NCBI GenBank assembly: GCA_035266805.1
Contig: DATFMS010000113.1
Location: 1-42,249 of the forward strand
Source: Burkholderiales bacterium
GTDB taxonomy: Bacteria; Pseudomonadota; Gammaproteobacteria; Burkholderiales; SG8-39
Length of the DNA: 42,249 nt
Direction of reading: 5' to 3'
A program made the position numbers and the translations under genes. Below the pieces are notes generated by a model. That model did no database searches, had not been told where the DNA came from, and saw only the letters and a list, made by a program, of their open reading frames with translations. Below are positions 1 through 8,386 of the stretch, one piece after another (the first letter of the stretch is position 1; each line of letters starts with the position of its first letter).

Positions 1-322
1 GCAGCAGGATCCAGCCCAGGCAGTAGACGTCGAGCACCAGCGGCAGCGGAAGCAGCACCATGCCCCAGCCGCCGGGCTGCCAGTCGAGCCAGTTCGCCAG
101 CGTGGGCAGGGTGAGAAACATCGCGATGGCGCCGAACAGGCCGGGCAGGAAGGGGATTCCCGAGGGCACACGCTCGCCTACCCTGGCTTTGCGCCAGGCG
201 CGCCAGACCTGAAAGTTGACCACTGCGCCGAAGGCGAAGAACAGCCACAGCATCGACGCCAGCACCAGACCGAGGAGAAAACCGCCGTTCACCGCGCAAG
301 CCTCGCATATCCGGGTTGCCAT
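1..322 (-). CDS. Hypothetical small membrane protein; C-terminal part lies outside the window (about 107 N-terminal codons present)
   Basis: Minus-strand frame is open from ATG (complement of 320-322) to the window edge. Translation MATRICEACAVNGGFLLGLVLASMLWLFFAFGAVVNFQVWRAWRKARVGERVPSGIPFLPGLFGAIAMF... is hydrophobic with GC-rich third positions. It is absent from the track because no stop lies in the window. Confidence 0.45.
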   Translation of the reverse strand, partial: MATRICEACAVNGGFLLGLVLASMLWLFFAFGAVVNFQVWRAWRKARVGERVPSGIPFLPGLFGAIAMFLTLPTLANWLDWQPGGWGMVLLPLPLVLDVYCLGWILL

Positions 323-325
323 GGC

Positions 326-354
326 TTGACGCCGCTCGGCAGGCGCCGTAGGAT
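326..354 (+). promoter_or_regulatory. Sigma-70-like promoter: TTGACG, 17-nt spacer, TAGGAT
   Basis: TTGACG at 326-331 and TAGGAT at 349-354 with a 17-nt spacer, upstream of the TetR gene. The -35 block is part of an 18-nt sequence repeated at 41178-41195. Confidence 0.5.
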
Positions 355-373
355 TCAAACGTTCGTTTGAATC
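352..373. promoter_or_regulatory. Perfect palindromic operator GATTCAAACG-TT-CGTTTGAATC (PsrA-type core CAAAC-N4-GTTTG)
   Basis: 10-2-10 perfect inverted repeat read directly from the sequence. It overlaps the -10 hexamer and the predicted transcription start of the TetR/beta-oxidation operon. Confidence 0.6.
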
Positions 374-402
374 TTGCCCGGCCGTCAGCCCCTCCCCCCG
401 CC

Positions 403-1086
403 ATGCCCCTGCGCGCGATCAAGCCGGAACACGAGACCCGCACCCGCATCCTCGACGTCGCCGAGGAGCTCTTCATGCAGCACGGCTTCGAGGCCACTTC
501 GATGCGGCTGCTGACCTCGACCGCGCGCGTCAATCTGGCCGCCGTCAACTATCACTTCGGCTCCAAGGACGCGCTGATCGAGGCCTTGTTCCGCCGCCGG
601 CTCGACCCGATGAACGCCGAACGCGTCGCCGCGCTCGATGCGCTCGAGCAGCAGGCCGGCGGGCGGCCGCTCGCGCCCGAGCAGATCATCCGTGCCTTCA
701 TCGGCGCCAGTCTGCGCATGACCGAGGACGCCAAGGGGGGCGGGCGAAACTTCATCCGCCTGCTCGGCCGGACCTATACCGAGCCGGCGAAGCAGATCCG
801 TGCCCTGATCGGCCAGCTGTACGCGCCGGCCATGGAGCGCTTCAAGACCGCCCTGGCCGGGGCGCTGCCCGAGGTCCCGCTCGAAGAGCTCGTTTGGCGC
901 ATGCACTTCATGTTCGGCACGCTGTCCTACACCCTGGCGGCGACCGACACGGTGCAGCTGATCGCCGGCTGCAAACCCGAGGACCGCTACGACGCGCAGC
1001 TGCTCGAGGCGCGCCTGGTCGCGTTCCTCGCCGCCGGCCTGCTCGCACCGCTGCCGCAGCACGGCAACGTCAGGATAGCCGCCTAG
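403..1086 (+). CDS. TetR-family transcriptional regulator (PsrA-like, fatty-acid-responsive type)
   Basis: N-terminal TetR helix-turn-helix TRTRILDVAEELFMQHGFEATSMRLLTSTARVNLAAVNYHFGSKDALIEALF. The track ORF starts at TTG 367, but that codon lies inside the operator/promoter, so ATG 403 is preferred. The gene sits 21 nt upstream of fadE. Confidence 0.9.
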   Translation: MPLRAIKPEHETRTRILDVAEELFMQHGFEATSMRLLTSTARVNLAAVNYHFGSKDALIEALFRRRLDPMNAERVAALDALEQQAGGRPLAPEQIIRAFIGASLRMTEDAKGGGRNFIRLLGRTYTEPAKQIRALIGQLYAPAMERFKTALAGALPEVPLEELVWRMHFMFGTLSYTLAATDTVQLIAGCKPEDRYDAQLLEARLVAFLAAGLLAPLPQHGNVRIAA

Positions 1087-1107
1087 GAAAGGATAGAGGA
1101 GACCGTC

Positions 1108-3453
1108 ATGCTCGAATTCATCATCGTCTGCGTCGCCGCCCTCGTTCTGGCGCTCGTGTTCGTCGCGCCGCTGCGACGGGCCGTGATCAGCAACCCGCTG
1201 CTGGCGCTGTACCGCCGCATCCTGCCGGACATGTCGCAGACCGAGCGGGAAGCCATCGACGCCGGCAGCGTGTGGTGGGACGGCGACCTGTTTTCCGGCC
1301 GGCCGGACTGGGACAAGCTGCTCGCCGTGCCGGCGCCCAGGCTCTCGCCCGAGGAGCAGGCCTTCGTCGACGGCCCGTGCGAAGAGCTGTGCGCGATGTG
1401 CGACGACTGGGAAATCACCCACGAGCGGCAGGACCTGCCGCCGCAGGTCTGGCAGTACATGAAGGACAAGGGCTTCCTCGGCATGATCATCCCGAAGAAG
1501 TACGGCGGCCTCGAGTTCTCGGCGCTGGCGCACTCGGCGGTGGTGATGAAGCTCGCCACGCGCTCGAACGCCGCCGCGGTGAGCGTGATGGTGCCCAACT
1601 CGCTCGGGCCGGCCGAGCTGCTGCTGCACTACGGCACCGAGGAGCAGAAGAATCACTACCTGCCGCGCCTCGCCAAGGGGCTCGAGATCCCCTGCTTCGC
1701 GCTCACCAGCCCGGAAGCGGGCTCGGACGCCGCGGCGATCCCGGATTTCGCCGTCGTCTGCCGCGGTATGCACCAGGGCAAGGAAGTGCTCGGCATGCGC
1801 GTCACCTGGGACAAGCGCTACATCACGCTCGGCCCGCTGGCGACGCTGCTCGGCTTGGCCTTCCGGCTCTACGACCCCGAGCGACTGCTCGGCGGCGAGG
1901 AAGACCTCGGCATCACCTGCGCGCTGGTGCCGACCAGCCATCCGGGGGTCGAGATCGGCCGCCGGCACCTGCCGCTGAACGCGGTATTTCAGAACGGGCC
2001 GAACTCGGGCAAGGACGTGTTCATGCCGCTCGATTGGATCATCGGCGGACGCGAGTACGCGGGCAAGGGCTGGATGATGCTGATGGGCTGCCTTGCCGCG
2101 GGGCGCTCGATCTCGCTGCCGGCGTCCTCGGTCGGCGGCGCGAAGGCGATGGCCCGTTACACCGGCGCCTACGCCAGGGTGCGCAGCCAGTTCAAGACCC
2201 CGATCGGCAGGCTCGAGGGCGTCGAGGACGCGCTCGGCCGGATCGCGGCCAATTGCTACCTGATGGACGCCACCCGCGTGATGACCGCCGGCGCGGTCGA
2301 CGCGGGCGAGAAGCCCGCGGTGATCTCGGCCATCGCCAAGTACCACATGACAGAACGCGTGCGCAAAGTGATCGACGACGCGATGGACATCCACGGCGGC
2401 AAGGGGATCTGCCTCGGCCCGAACAACTGGATCGGGCGCGGCTACCAGGTAGTGCCGGTCGGCATCACGGTCGAAGGCGCCAACATCCTGACGCGCAGCC
2501 TGATCATTTTCGGCCAGGGCGCGATCCGCTGCCATCCCTACGTGCTGCGCGAAATGCGCGCCGCGAAGGAGATGCGCGGTGCCGAGGCTTCGCGCGAATT
2601 CGACGCCGCGCTGTTCGCGCACGTCGGACATACCCTCGGCAACGGCGTGCGCGCGTTCGTGCACGCGCTCACCGGTTCGGCCTTCGCGCCGGCGCCGGCG
2701 CGGGCCGCGCCGGAGACCCGGCGCTACTACAAGGACCTGTCTCGCATCTCGGCGGCCTTCGCCTTCGCCGCCGACGTCTCGATGCTGGTGCTGGGCGGCT
2801 CGCTGAAACGGAAGGAGAAGATCTCGGCGCGCCTCGGCGACGTGCTGTCCGCAATGTACCTCGCTTCCACCGCGCTCAAGCGCTACGAGGACCAGGGCCG
2901 CAGGCGCGAGGACCTGCCGCTGCTCGAACACTCGCTGCAGGGCGTGTTGTACCAGGCGCAGCAGGCGCTCGATGCGATCATCGCGAACTTTCCCAGCCGC
3001 CTGGCGGCGCTCAAGCTGCGCGCGGTGCTGTTCCCGCTCGGCAAGCGCTTCGCGCCGCCTTCGGACCGCCTCAACCACCAGTGCGCGCAGCTGCTGCTCG
3101 CGCCGGGCGAGGCACGCGACCGCCTCACCGCGGGGATGTACCTCGCGCGCGCCGACACCGATCCGACGGCCAACCTCGAGGCGGCCCTGGTGGCGACGAT
3201 CGCCTGCGAGCCAATCGAGCGCAAGCTGCGCGACGCCGTCAAGCGCGGCGTAATCGCGCCGCGCGCCGGCGACGATGCTGCGGCGCTCGCGCGCGACCTG
3301 GGCGCAATCAGCGCCGACGAGTACGCCCAGTGGCAGAGCAAGGAGGCATTGCGCCGCGACGTCATCAAGGTCGACGATTTCGAGCAGGACTTCGGCCGCG
3401 CCGAAATCATGCGCGAGTTGGCGAAGGAAATGCCGGCGGCGAAGGCGGCCTGA
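1108..3453 (+). CDS. fadE: Long-form acyl-CoA dehydrogenase (FadE type, 781 aa)
   Basis: N-terminal hydrophobic helix MLEFIIVCVAALVLALVFVAPL, a central ACAD fold (ALTSPEAGSDAAAI, ...VEGANILTRSLIIFGQGAIRCHPY) and a long C-terminal extension, as in E. coli FadE. RBS GGAGA lies upstream. Confidence 0.9.
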   Translation: MLEFIIVCVAALVLALVFVAPLRRAVISNPLLALYRRILPDMSQTEREAIDAGSVWWDGDLFSGRPDWDKLLAVPAPRLSPEEQAFVDGPCEELCAMCDDWEITHERQDLPPQVWQYMKDKGFLGMIIPKKYGGLEFSALAHSAVVMKLATRSNAAAVSVMVPNSLGPAELLLHYGTEEQKNHYLPRLAKGLEIPCFALTSPEAGSDAAAIPDFAVVCRGMHQGKEVLGMRVTWDKRYITLGPLATLLGLAFRLYDPERLLGGEEDLGITCALVPTSHPGVEIGRRHLPLNAVFQNGPNSGKDVFMPLDWIIGGREYAGKGWMMLMGCLAAGRSISLPASSVGGAKAMARYTGAYARVRSQFKTPIGRLEGVEDALGRIAANCYLMDATRVMTAGAVDAGEKPAVISAIAKYHMTERVRKVIDDAMDIHGGKGICLGPNNWIGRGYQVVPVGITVEGANILTRSLIIFGQGAIRCHPYVLREMRAAKEMRGAEASREFDAALFAHVGHTLGNGVRAFVHALTGSAFAPAPARAAPETRRYYKDLSRISAAFAFAADVSMLVLGGSLKRKEKISARLGDVLSAMYLASTALKRYEDQGRRREDLPLLEHSLQGVLYQAQQALDAIIANFPSRLAALKLRAVLFPLGKRFAPPSDRLNHQCAQLLLAPGEARDRLTAGMYLARADTDPTANLEAALVATIACEPIERKLRDAVKRGVIAPRAGDDAAALARDLGAISADEYAQWQSKEALRRDVIKVDDFEQDFGRAEIMRELAKEMPAAKAA

Positions 3454-3455
3454 CC

Positions 3456-4751
3456 ATGACCGCCAAAGCCGTTTACGTGGTCGACGGCGCCCGCACGCCG
3501 TTCCTCAAGGCGAAGAACCGCCCCGGGCCGTTCGCCGCCAGCGACCTCGCCACGCAGGCAGGACGCGCGCTGCTGCTGCGCCAGAAGTTCGAACCCACCG
3601 AGCTGGACGAGGTGATCCTGGGCTGCGCCGCGCCCTCGGTCGACGAGGTCAACATCGGTCGCGTCGCCGCGCTGCGCATGGGCTGCGGGCAGAAGGTGCC
3701 GGGCTGGACCGTGATGCGCAACTGCGCCTCGGGCATGCAGGCGCTCGATTCGGGGGTCAACAACATCGTCGCCGGGCGCTCGAACCTGGTGCTCGCGGGC
3801 GGCGTCGACGCGCTCTCGCGCGCGCCGCTGCTGGTCTCCGACGCGATGACGCTGTGGCTGGCGGACTGGTACCAGGCGAAATCGGTCGGGCAGAAGGCCA
3901 GACAACTGGCCAAGCTGCGCCTCAAGTACCTGGCGCCGGTGATCGGCATCATGAAGGGCCTTACCGACCCGATCGTCGGCTTGCTGATGGGGCAGACGGC
4001 GGAAAACCTCGCGCACCGCTTCGGCATCACGCGCGAGCAGATGGACGCGTTCTCGGTCCGCAGCCACCAGCGCGTCGCCGCGGCGCAGGACGCGGGACAC
4101 CTCGCCGCCGGTGGCGGCGAGCTCGAGGCGTTGTACGACCGAGACGGCAACGCTTATGCGCTGGACGACGGCCTGCGGCGCGACGCATCGGTCGAAAAGC
4201 TCGCCAAGCTGAAGCCATTCTTCGACCGCAAGTACGGCAACGTCACCCCGGGCAACAGCTCGCAGATCACCGACGGCGGCGTCTGGCTGATCCTCGCCTC
4301 CGAGGAGGCAGTCGCGCGCCACGGCCTGGAGCCGATCGGGCGCATCGTCGATTCGCAATGGGCCGGCCTCGACCCGGCGCAGATGGGGCTGGGGCCGGTG
4401 CACGCGGCGACGCCGATCCTCAAGCGCAACGGCCTCGCGCTCAATGACCTCGATTACTGGGAGATCAACGAGGCGTTCGCGGCGCAGGTGCTCGCCTGCC
4501 TCGCCGCCTGGAAGGACGAGGCCTACTGCCGCGAGCAGCTCGGCCGGGACGGCGCGCTCGGCGCGCTCGACGAGGAAAAGCTCAACGTCGACGGCGGTGC
4601 GGTGGCGCTCGGCCACCCGGTCGGCGCCTCGGGCGCGCGCATCGTGCTGCATCTGCTGAAGACGCTAAAGCGCACCGGGACCAAGCGCGGCATCGCCTCG
4701 ATCTGCATCGGCGGCGGGCTGGGCGGCGCGATGCTGGTGGAGGCGCTGTGA
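3456..4751 (+). CDS. Acetyl-CoA C-acyltransferase (3-ketoacyl-CoA thiolase, FadI/FadA-like, 431 aa)
   Basis: Last 431 codons of track ORF 894-4751. Thiolase motifs are present: NCASGMQAL (Cys nucleophile), NVDGGAVALGHPVGASGARI, and CIGGGLGGA. The ATG lies 2 nt after the fadE stop. Confidence 0.92.
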   Translation: MTAKAVYVVDGARTPFLKAKNRPGPFAASDLATQAGRALLLRQKFEPTELDEVILGCAAPSVDEVNIGRVAALRMGCGQKVPGWTVMRNCASGMQALDSGVNNIVAGRSNLVLAGGVDALSRAPLLVSDAMTLWLADWYQAKSVGQKARQLAKLRLKYLAPVIGIMKGLTDPIVGLLMGQTAENLAHRFGITREQMDAFSVRSHQRVAAAQDAGHLAAGGGELEALYDRDGNAYALDDGLRRDASVEKLAKLKPFFDRKYGNVTPGNSSQITDGGVWLILASEEAVARHGLEPIGRIVDSQWAGLDPAQMGLGPVHAATPILKRNGLALNDLDYWEINEAFAAQVLACLAAWKDEAYCREQLGRDGALGALDEEKLNVDGGAVALGHPVGASGARIVLHLLKTLKRTGTKRGIASICIGGGLGGAMLVEAL

Positions 4752-6685
4752 TGAAGCACTTCCGCTGGGACAAGGACGCCCAGGGGCTCGTCTGGCTGAC
4801 GTTCGACAGGCAGGGCGAATCGGCGAACACCTTTTCGCGTGAAGCGCTCGAAGAGCTGGCCGCGGCGCTGGACGAGATCGCTGCTGCGCGCCCCACGGGG
4901 CTGATCATCCGCTCGGCGAAGGAGGGCTTCGTCGCCGGCGCCGACGTGGAGGAATTCACCCGCTTCAAGGACGCCGAAGAGGCGCTTGAGTTCACGCGCT
5001 TCGGCTGGGACGTGTTCGACAAGCTCTCCCGCCTGCCCTTCCCCACCACGGCCCTGGTGAACGGCTTTTGCATGGGCGGCGGGCTCGAGCTCGCCCTCGC
5101 CTGCAGATACCGCGTCGCGCTCGACGACCCGAAGACGCGCTTCGCCTTCCCCGAAGTGATGCTCGGCATCATGCCGACCTGGCACGGCGTGCAGTGGCTG
5201 CCCAAGCGCATCGGCCCGGCCGCGGCGCTCGACATGATGCTCACCGGTCGCGCGGTCGACGCGCGCCGCGCCAAGCGAATGGGGCTGGTCGACCAGGCCG
5301 TGCCGCTCAGGATCCTCGACAACACCGCGCGCATGCTGACGCTGGAAGCGCCCGCGCCGCGCCGGCTGCCGCTCGTGCAGCGCCTGATGCTCGGGCCGTT
5401 GCGCGGCTACGTCGCCGCGCAGGCGCGCAAGCAGGTGGCGCGGAAGGCGAACCCGGAGCACTACCCGGCGCCCTACGCGATCATCGAGCTGTGGCGCAAA
5501 CACGACGGCGACCCGTTCGCCGCCGCCGACGACCCGACGTGCTCGATCAAGGCCTTGTTCGAGCACCCGACGACGGCCAACCTGATCCGCGTCTTCTTCC
5601 TGCAGGAGCGGCTCAAGTCGCTCGGCAAGGCGACCGACCTGGACCTGGGCCACGTGCACGTGGTCGGCGCGGGCGTGATGGGCGGCGACATTGCGGCGCT
5701 TTGCGCGCTGCGCGGGATCAGGGTGACGCTGCAGGACACCGCGCCCGAGCGCATCGCGCCGGCGCTCAAGCGTGCGGCCAAGCTGTTCGAGCGCCGGCTG
5801 CGCGACAAGCGCCGCGTGCGCGATGCGCTGGACCGCCTGATCCCGGACGTGGCCGGCGCCGGCGCCGCGCATGCCGACGTCGTGATCGAAGCGATCTTCG
5901 AGAATCTCGAGGCGAAGCGGGAGCTGTTCGCCAAGCTCGAGCGGGCGGCCAAGCCGGGGGCAATCCTCGCTTCCAACACCTCGAGCCTCAAGCTGGCCGA
6001 CATCGCCGTCGCGCTCAAGAATCCTGCGCGGCTGGTGGGAATCCATTTCTTCAACCCGGTGCCGCAGATGATGCTGGTCGAGGTCGTCTCCGGCGAGCGC
6101 ACGGATCCGGCGCTGGCGCGCAAGGCCGCCGCGTTCGTGCGCCGCATCGACAAACTGCCGCTGCCGGTAAAGGATTCGCCGGGGTTCCTGGTCAACCGCG
6201 TGCTCGGGCCCTACATGCAGAACGCGTTCCGCATGCTCGACGAGGCGATACAGCCCGAGACCATCGACGCGGCGATGGAATCGTTCGGCATGCCGATGGG
6301 GCCGATCGAGCTCGCCGACGCGGTGGGGCTGGACATCTGCCTCGCTGCCGGCAAGGAACTGGCCAAGAAAGGCGCCAGCGGCGAGCCCGACGCACCCAAG
6401 GTGCTGCTGAACAAGGTGGCGCTCGGCAAGCTCGGCAAGAAGACCGGGCAGGGAATCTACCACTACGTCGACGGTAGGACGGTAAAGCGCCAGGCCGGCG
6501 AGCCGCGCGGTGACATGGTCGAATCGCTCATCGAGCCCTACCTCGCAGAGGCGCGGGCGGTGCTCGCCGAGGGCATCGTCGCCGACGCCGACCTGATCGA
6601 CGCCGGGCTGATCTTCGGCACCGGCTTCGCGCCGTTCCGCGGCGGCCCGTTGCACTACCTGGAATCGAAGCAGGAACAGCGATGA
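4748..6685 (+). CDS. Bifunctional enoyl-CoA hydratase / 3-hydroxyacyl-CoA dehydrogenase (FadB/FadJ-like, 645 aa)
   Basis: N-terminal crotonase fold (FVAGADVEEF, FCMGGGLELALAC) and C-terminal NAD-binding HVVGAGVMGGDIA followed by a 3-hydroxyacyl-CoA dehydrogenase domain (NTSSL, HFFNPV). The start is GTG 4748 or ATG 4751, overlapping the thiolase stop. Confidence 0.9.
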   Translation: MMKHFRWDKDAQGLVWLTFDRQGESANTFSREALEELAAALDEIAAARPTGLIIRSAKEGFVAGADVEEFTRFKDAEEALEFTRFGWDVFDKLSRLPFPTTALVNGFCMGGGLELALACRYRVALDDPKTRFAFPEVMLGIMPTWHGVQWLPKRIGPAAALDMMLTGRAVDARRAKRMGLVDQAVPLRILDNTARMLTLEAPAPRRLPLVQRLMLGPLRGYVAAQARKQVARKANPEHYPAPYAIIELWRKHDGDPFAAADDPTCSIKALFEHPTTANLIRVFFLQERLKSLGKATDLDLGHVHVVGAGVMGGDIAALCALRGIRVTLQDTAPERIAPALKRAAKLFERRLRDKRRVRDALDRLIPDVAGAGAAHADVVIEAIFENLEAKRELFAKLERAAKPGAILASNTSSLKLADIAVALKNPARLVGIHFFNPVPQMMLVEVVSGERTDPALARKAAAFVRRIDKLPLPVKDSPGFLVNRVLGPYMQNAFRMLDEAIQPETIDAAMESFGMPMGPIELADAVGLDICLAAGKELAKKGASGEPDAPKVLLNKVALGKLGKKTGQGIYHYVDGRTVKRQAGEPRGDMVESLIEPYLAEARAVLAEGIVADADLIDAGLIFGTGFAPFRGGPLHYLESKQEQR

Positions 6686-7068
6686 AGATTCCCGAGGGCA
6701 AACTGCCCGCGCTGCGGGTGGTGCCGATGCCTGCCGACTCGAACCAGAACGGCGACATCTTCGGCGGCTGGATCATGGCGCAGGTGGACGTTGCCGGCGG
6801 CACCGTCGCGGGGCGCCTTGCGCGCGGCCGCGTCGCCACGGTGGCGGTCAACTCGTTCGTGTTCAAGCAGCCGGTGCAGATCGGCGACGTGGTTTCGTTC
6901 TACGCCAACGTCGTGCGCGTCGGCAACACTTCGGTCACCGTCAACGTCGAGGTCTACGCCGAGCGGCGCCCGCACGACCCCGAGGTGGTGAAGGTCACCG
7001 AGGCGACGCTCACCTACGTCGCGATAGACGCCAGCGGCCGCCCGCGCCCCGTACCGAAAGAAGCCTGA
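6682..7068 (+). CDS. Acyl-CoA thioesterase, hotdog fold (YciA-like)
   Basis: 128 aa containing NQNGDIFGGWIMAQVDVAGG, typical of the YciA family. ATGA overlap with the preceding gene. Confidence 0.8.
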   Translation: MKIPEGKLPALRVVPMPADSNQNGDIFGGWIMAQVDVAGGTVAGRLARGRVATVAVNSFVFKQPVQIGDVVSFYANVVRVGNTSVTVNVEVYAERRPHDPEVVKVTEATLTYVAIDASGRPRPVPKEA

Positions 7069-7069
7069 T

Positions 7070-7708
7070 TCAACGCAGCCCGGGAAAGAGGCCGAGCAGC
7101 CCCTCGGCCATGGTCTGGATCGCGATCGCGGTCAGCAGCAGGCCGAGCAGGCGCGTCGCGATGTTCAGTCCGGTGGTGCCCATGCGCGGCGCGAGCGCAT
7201 GGGCGAAGCGCATCACCGACCACAGCAGCGCGCATACCGCCGCGATGCAGACGACGATGGCGGCGAGGTGCAGCAGCGAGCGCGCTTGCGCGGCGATGAT
7301 CGTGGTGCTGATCGCGCCCGGCCCCGCAAGCAGCGGCACGGCAAGCGGCACCACGCCCGAGACTTCGCCCGCTTCGAGCTCCTCGGCCTCGGCCGCCGAC
7401 TGGCGCACGCCGCCCACGCGGGCGTTCAGCATCGCCAGCGCCATCAGCAGCAGCACCAGACCGCCGCCGACGCGAAATGCAGGCAGGCTCGCGCCGATCA
7501 ACGTCAGCAGTCCGTCGCCGAACAGCGCCGCACCCGCTAGCACGAGGAACACCGTCAGCGTCACGACGCGCGCGAAGCGCGCCCGCTCGAGGCCCGCGCG
7601 CCCGGCGGTGAGACTGACGAAAATCGGAATCGCGAGGAACGGGTCGAGCACCGCCGTCAGCGTGACGGCAAAGCGCAGGTAATCTCCCGGCGGCGCGAAG
7701 CCGTGCAC
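7070..7708 (-). CDS. MarC-family (UPF0056) integral membrane protein
   Basis: 212 aa, multi-pass hydrophobic, with N-terminal FAVTLTAVLDPFLAIPIFVSLT typical of the MarC family. Confidence 0.75.
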   Translation of the reverse strand: MHGFAPPGDYLRFAVTLTAVLDPFLAIPIFVSLTAGRAGLERARFARVVTLTVFLVLAGAALFGDGLLTLIGASLPAFRVGGGLVLLLMALAMLNARVGGVRQSAAEAEELEAGEVSGVVPLAVPLLAGPGAISTTIIAAQARSLLHLAAIVVCIAAVCALLWSVMRFAHALAPRMGTTGLNIATRLLGLLLTAIAIQTMAEGLLGLFPGLR

Positions 7709-7716
7709 CGGTTCGG

Positions 7717-8364
7717 CTACTTCCTGACCATCTCGGCCTGCGCGGCTTTGCGGTCCTCGCTCACCCGCGCGAACGCCGGGCGCTCTCCGAGCATCTTGAG
7801 ATAGGGCTTGACCTGCGGCAGGCCATCGAGGAAATCGCGCCCGAAAGCCATCTTGCTCGCCATCGACACCAGCGGCAGATGGACGTAGGCCGAGCAGTCC
7901 GCCAGCGTAAAGTCCTTGCCCGCGACGTACGGCTCGAACCTGGCGCGTGTGGCGAAGCCGCGCACCCCCTTCGCCAGATCCCGCTCGACCTGCTTCTTGG
8001 CCTCGTCGGACACCTTGCCGCCGAAGAAAACCTCGCGGTACAGGCGGCGCGCCACCAGCTCCATGTGCAGCTCGATGTACTGGATCAGCTCGCGCACCTG
8101 CGCCCGGGCGAGCGGATCGCGCGGGTAGAGCGGCTTCGCCGGATGCGCGTCTTCGAGGTACTCGCAGATCACCTGCGACTCGGTGAGCACCGCGCCGTCA
8201 ACCTCCATGAACGGCACCTTGCCGAGCGGCGAGCGGGCCAGGAACGCATCCTCCTGCGACGGCTTGCAGCCGGGGTCTTCTTCGAACGCAATTCCCTTCT
8301 CAAGCAGCGCCAGGCGCACCTTGTTGTGGTAGTTGCTGACGTGAAAGCCGCACAGCTTGAGCAT
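7717..8364 (-). CDS. Glutathione S-transferase
   Basis: Start taken at the internal ATG (MLKLCGFHVSNYHNKVRLALLEKGIAFEE...) with GGAGGA 7 nt upstream. The upstream 40 codons of the track ORF are Arg/Pro/Ser-rich and non-protein-like. Thioredoxin-like N-domain plus helical C-domain. Confidence 0.85.
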   Translation of the reverse strand: MLKLCGFHVSNYHNKVRLALLEKGIAFEEDPGCKPSQEDAFLARSPLGKVPFMEVDGAVLTESQVICEYLEDAHPAKPLYPRDPLARAQVRELIQYIELHMELVARRLYREVFFGGKVSDEAKKQVERDLAKGVRGFATRARFEPYVAGKDFTLADCSAYVHLPLVSMASKMAFGRDFLDGLPQVKPYLKMLGERPAFARVSEDRKAAQAEMVRK

Positions 8365-8386
8365 GAGTTCTCCTCCCGTACTATGC

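Noticed and set aside
385-3078. 897-aa minus-strand ORF antisense to the TetR and fadE genes
   Set aside because: The translation is Arg/Ala/Gly/Pro-rich low-complexity with no motifs. It lies opposite genes with clear family motifs and correct GC3 bias, so it is a typical GC-rich shadow ORF. The same reasoning applies to 4523-6655, 11916-13718, 19272-21182, 21055-22836, 23983-26034, 37838-39823 and 41153-42235.
894-3455. N-terminal 854 codons of the 1285-aa plus-strand ORF that ends as the thiolase
   Set aside because: This part is out of frame within fadE and Arg/Pro-rich. Recognisable thiolase sequence begins only at the ATG at 3456, right after the fadE stop. The same holds for 14853-16520 (upstream of the dehydratase), 17908-18516, 19047-19388 and 20938-21354.
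4748-4753. Many GTG/TTG starts in 4-nt overlaps (4748, 16521, 19389, 21355, 11656, 26609, 28011, 29213), considered as possible annotation artefacts or programmed frameshift sites
   Set aside because: In each case recognisable homology begins within a few codons of the overlap and no upstream in-frame ATG exists. Stop-start coupling is the simplest explanation and there are no slippery heptamers. The starts remain inferred, not proven.
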